A DNA stretch of 10,226 nucleotides from Octopus sinensis. Its lineage: Eukaryota. The stretch is taken from contig NW_021827468.1 of NCBI RefSeq assembly GCF_006345805.1, positions 1 to 10,226 of the forward strand. The letters are read 5' to 3'. Positions 6,950-10,226 of the stretch are shown piece by piece. Position 1 is the first letter of the stretch. Each line of letters starts with the position of its first letter. Below the pieces are notes generated by a model. The model had not been told where the DNA came from. It saw nothing but the letters and a program-made list of their open reading frames with translations, and did no database searches. The position numbers and the translations under genes were made by a program.

Positions 6950-7128
6950 ATGTGTGTGCGTGTGCGTGTGAGAAAAAATGTGTGAGAGTGAGAGTGTGAG
7001 GAGAGAGAGAGGAAAACGTACTTGTGCTTACTCTGTGCATTGTGTAGGTAATGTGTATCTATCCATCTGTCTGTCTATCTGTGTGACTATCTTTCTATCG
7101 ATGTATGTATGTATGTATCTCTCTCTCA

Positions 7129-7182
<54 letters not shown>

Positions 7183-7350
7183 CTGTCGTTTTTCTGTCTG
7201 TCTGTCTGCCTGCTGCCTGCGCGTGCCTGCCTGTCTGTATGTCTATCTATCTATCTAGGATCTATCTATCTATCTATCTATCTATCAATCCACCATCCAT
7301 CCATCCATCCATCCATCTAATCTCTCTATCTATCTATCTATCTATCTATG

Positions 7351-7380
<30 letters not shown>
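6950..7380. repeat. Compound (TG)/(AG)/(TCTG)/(TATG)/(CT)/(TCTA)/(CCAT) microsatellites
   Basis: Directly visible. Confidence 0.93.
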
Positions 7381-7381
<1 letters not shown>

Positions 7382-7430
7382 TTTTCATTCTTGTCCTTGG
7401 TCCTCAGCTCTTTGATAGAGTCATAAGGGG

Positions 7431-7655
7431 CCGGATGCTGTGGGATGCATCTTTAGTGATATTTCCCGAATCTCAGAACTTCAGGTCTTTAAACATCAAA
7501 TTCCCTCACCCTATTGACCTAGTCAGGGTTGGGCAAGTCTCAACTAGCGTCCCAATAGAGGCCAATCATTGGTCTGCCCTCTTTATCCAAATGCTTCTAG
7601 TGACCTTCACTACAGCTTTGGTGGTGGAATTTATGATCCCCTCCTTTGCTGCACC
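7431..7655 (-). mobile_element. 3' end of a HERO-like (restriction-like endonuclease) non-LTR retrotransposon
   Basis: Minus strand 7655-7566 translates to GAAKEGIINSTTKAVVKVTRSIWIKRADQ*, resembling the recalled HERO ORF terminus (GAAKRRAIKS..EAAEKA.RWLWIKRAD). It is followed by a 3'-UTR-like segment (tgatgtttaaagacctgaa...atcactaaagatgcatcccacagcatc). No RT domain is present. Confidence 0.6.
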
Positions 7656-8021
7656 TCAAAAAACTTCAATTAACTGAAATTGTGTTCGTAATTAGCAGAT
7701 AACGATTTCCTCTACGAATGCTTCAAATCTACAAAACAACAAACAAGGGAGATAAGTCTAATAAAGCCAATTAATTGAAACTTTGTAAATGTAGAAAATA
7801 AAGTCTGGGAGTGGACTTAGTGTTTGCGTACATGCATACTAGCACATACACGAATGAGCGTTGACAAGTACGTGCATACCCACACATACACACAAAGCAC
7901 ATACAAAATACACGCACATATGTACACAAACATATACAGAGAAACACACGCACATTCAAAAACACATACACAGAACAAACACATATATGTTTGTGTGAGT
8001 AGGTTGGAGGGGTCTTTAGAG

Positions 8022-8108
8022 CTTTGAGTTCATATCATGCTGATGCCAATTTTACCATTTATCATTTCAGGGTCGATGTAGTACCAGCCCACTAATGGTA
8101 TCGATTCT
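8022..8108 (+). mobile_element. Highly diverged Nin/Deu-like SINE fragment
   Basis: ttgagttcatatc...aattttaccatttatcatttcagggtcgatgtagtaccag...tggtatcgat aligns loosely with 4081-4165. Confidence 0.55.
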
Positions 8109-8682
8109 TCTCTTTTACTCATTCTGTCTTTCTCTTTTCCTGACTTTCTCTTGGAGGAAATCAGCTGCGGCCAGGCCTCGGGTTGAAGACCTACATTACA
8201 CCTAAATATGCCCAAGGCACACCGTGAAACTTGGAACATATATGGAACACATATGTAAGCAGTAAGAGATATTACGTTGTTTGAAGACCAAGAAAAAAAA
8301 TTATCTTTATGCATAAATCATCTATGGCTGCCTAAACAACAAAAGGAAATTAATTCAAAGTCACTGAGTAGAATTCTAATTAATTTAGTAATGAGATAGG
8401 CTTGTTGCAGGAATAATATATATGTGTATATATCAAATAAGACAGAATGTCTGACATCAAAGAACAAATTTAAAAATAAAATGGTAATGTCTGGAAACAG
8501 AAATCACATTTGTTGGAGAATGTCCTGCAATATTATTGTGCACAAACAATTGCCAGATCAAAGGAGAGGAAGTTTTTACGTTGATACTCGACTTGCGAGA
8601 AATAGCAGTCTAATATATTTTCTACTATACTGTTTTTAAAAAAGGGTATATTGGATAACTAAGTGCTTGACTTATTACTGTA

Positions 8683-8823
8683 GACGGAGGGTTGCTAGAA
8701 TAGTAAGGGTACTTGACAAACTTTTTGTGGTATTTTTTACGACTCATTACGTCCTGAGTTCAAAACACGCCGATGTCAACTATAGTTTTCGTCCTACTGG
8801 GGTCGCTAAGATAAAGTACCAAC
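8683..8823 (+). mobile_element. Diverged Nin/Deu-like SINE copy with tRNA-like head
   Basis: gacggagggttgctagaatagtaag...ggtatttt...cgtcctgagttcaaaacacgccgatgtcaactatagttttcgtcctactggggtcgctaagataaagtacca aligns with 4243-4375. Confidence 0.7.
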
Positions 8824-8852
8824 GGAAGATGAGGGATTAGAGGAATTGTTAG

Positions 8853-8912
8853 GAAGCTGGACAAAATGAAATGCCTTATCGTATTTGCTTCGATCCTATA
8901 TGTTCTGAGTTT
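8853..8912 (+). mobile_element. Short SINE head remnant
   Basis: gaaatgccttatcgtatttg...atgttctgagtt resembles 4258-4322 (gaaatgcctaatggtatttc...atgttctgagat). Confidence 0.45.
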
Positions 8913-9404
8913 GTTTATGATGGTGCCATGCTGTATCAGCCCTTGGTTTTCCCGTGAAGGACGAGAAGAGGTGAAACTTGCAGCATGGATGATCGCTACA
9001 CGTTCATAAAAATATCCTTCATCCAAGCCTACTTATCGGAGATAAACTTTCCGGGTGCAAAAATATAATCAACCCTGAAGAATGTAGGCCTTGGGTAGAT
9101 ATTAGTAAAACCTTACAGCTCCCTAGTAGCTATTTTCGATCATGGTTGACTTAGGAGTAAGTAACAAAATAAAATACCGACGTTATTCAGAAACAACCAT
9201 TTTGCCCCCATGAATCATCTAGAAAGCTTGCAAATCCTACCCTCGGCTTGAAACAGGGGCCGAATACTTTTTAGTTTAAACCCTACTGTTTTACAAAAGG
9301 AATGGCAAACTGTACTGTGCGTGTATGCTTGTGTGTGTAATTTTGCAAACCAAGGAAATGGAATACAATGCATAACTCAAATTATTTATTTTACTCTCGG
9401 CTAA

Positions 9405-9422
9405 CAAACACACACACACACA

Positions 9423-9453
<31 letters not shown>

Positions 9454-9640
9454 CATTCATATCTAAACATATATCTCTGTGTCTACCTATTTCTATTGTT
9501 TTCTCTCTCTACACATACACACTCAAACGCACACACACACACACCTTTATATATAAATATACGTAGAGACATATGTATATACATCAATGAATATTCATAA
9601 ACGTATATGCACATACACTCTCTCTCTCACACACACGCAT
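9405..9640. repeat. (CA)n/(CT)n/(TA)n microsatellites
   Basis: (CA)n about 9407-9454 and about 9525-9543. Confidence 0.9.
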
Positions 9641-9965
9641 ATTATAAGTTGCAAAAAAAATGTACAGATATATGTGTGAACTTCAATCTAGATTGCTAAA
9701 TAAAATGACAGATCAAAAGAAAAAAAATATTACGGGACGCATTTTAACACAGCAAACTGCATTCTGGTCTTATGAGTTGGCAGAATGAGAAGCCAAATAT
9801 GTATTGATTTGCATAAACGGTTGTAAGAGGCTCGGAGTAAAAAAAAACAAAAATAAAAAAAAAAAAAATGAAAGTCTCAATCAATCATAAACTTAATATT
9901 TTTTCTACATACATATATTACTCTTTTCTCTTTTGCTAAGCGCAAAACTGAATTAAAATAAAATA

Positions 9966-10122
9966 GGAGTGGCTGTGTGGTAAGTAGCTTGCTTACCAAC
10001 CACATGGTTCCGAGTTCAGTCCCGCTGCGTGGCACCTTGAGCAAGTGTCTTCTACTATAGCCTCGGCCCGACCAAAGCCTTGTGAGAGGATTTGGTAGAC
10101 GGAAACTGAAAGAAGCCCGTCG
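9966..10122 (+). mobile_element. 5' half of the CORE-type tRNA-derived SINE, running into a microsatellite
   Basis: A-box tggctgtgtgg (9970-9980), B-box gagttcagtcc (10012-10022), CORE-like gtggcaccttgagcaagtgtctt. It is the reverse complement of 5566-5724. Confidence 0.9.
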
Positions 10123-10226
10123 TATTATATGTATGTATATATATATATATAATATATAATATATATAATTATATATATAATGGGTGTTGTGTGTGTGTGT
10201 GTGTATATGTGTGCATATATCGCGTG
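10123..10226. repeat. (TA)n/(TG)n microsatellite, probably the internal tract of the preceding SINE
   Basis: Directly visible, in the same position relative to the SINE head as 5468-5565. Confidence 0.85.

Noticed and set aside
8160-8250. Possible very old CORE-type SINE remnant (gaagac...tgcccaagg)
   Set aside because: The match is too short and gapped to support.
8926-8988. 10-bp stem (CCATGCTGTA/TGCAGCATGG) enclosing ccgtgaaggacga...gaaac, superficially like a type III hammerhead
   Set aside because: No CUGANGA core, and the stem III junction pairs do not fit.
349-9026. All ORFs in the supplied track as protein-coding genes
   Set aside because: Most are translations of microsatellites (LSIY, YI, VC, HT, MYVC repeats) or SINEs, which lack stops by composition. 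The rest are short, show no recognisable domain, and several start at non-ATG codons.
9075-9105. CTGAAGA as another hammerhead core
   Set aside because: No correctly placed GAAA and no consistent stems I and III.
403-10226. CRISPR array or prokaryotic features
   Set aside because: No regularly spaced repeat-spacer structure, and the sequence is eukaryotic repeat-rich DNA.

Overview
AT-rich, non-coding eukaryotic DNA. The SINE families and very dense compound microsatellites point to an Octopus (cephalopod) intron or intergenic region; this assignment rests on my recall of octopus repeats. I can support no host protein-coding gene, and most supplied ORFs are microsatellite read-throughs. The window is a mosaic of (TA)n/(TCTA)n/(TATG)n/(CA)n arrays and at least three tRNA-derived SINE families (about ten copies or fragments). 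It also holds a short RTE-like element with both ends but no internal ORF, and the 3' end of a HERO-like non-LTR retrotransposon. The most notable signal is four type I hammerhead-ribozyme (HHR) folds within about 1 kb (2239-3180). Two sit back-to-back in a 130-bp near-perfect palindrome (3066-3195), one per strand, sharing stem I at the AAGCTT centre. Two more are minimal HHRs with almost no stem III (2239-2272 minus, 2689-2723 plus); both carry a CCGA-N-GA core instead of CUGA-N-GA. These resemble Penelope-like-element or retrozyme-type non-autonomous ribozyme elements. Catalytic activity is untested.
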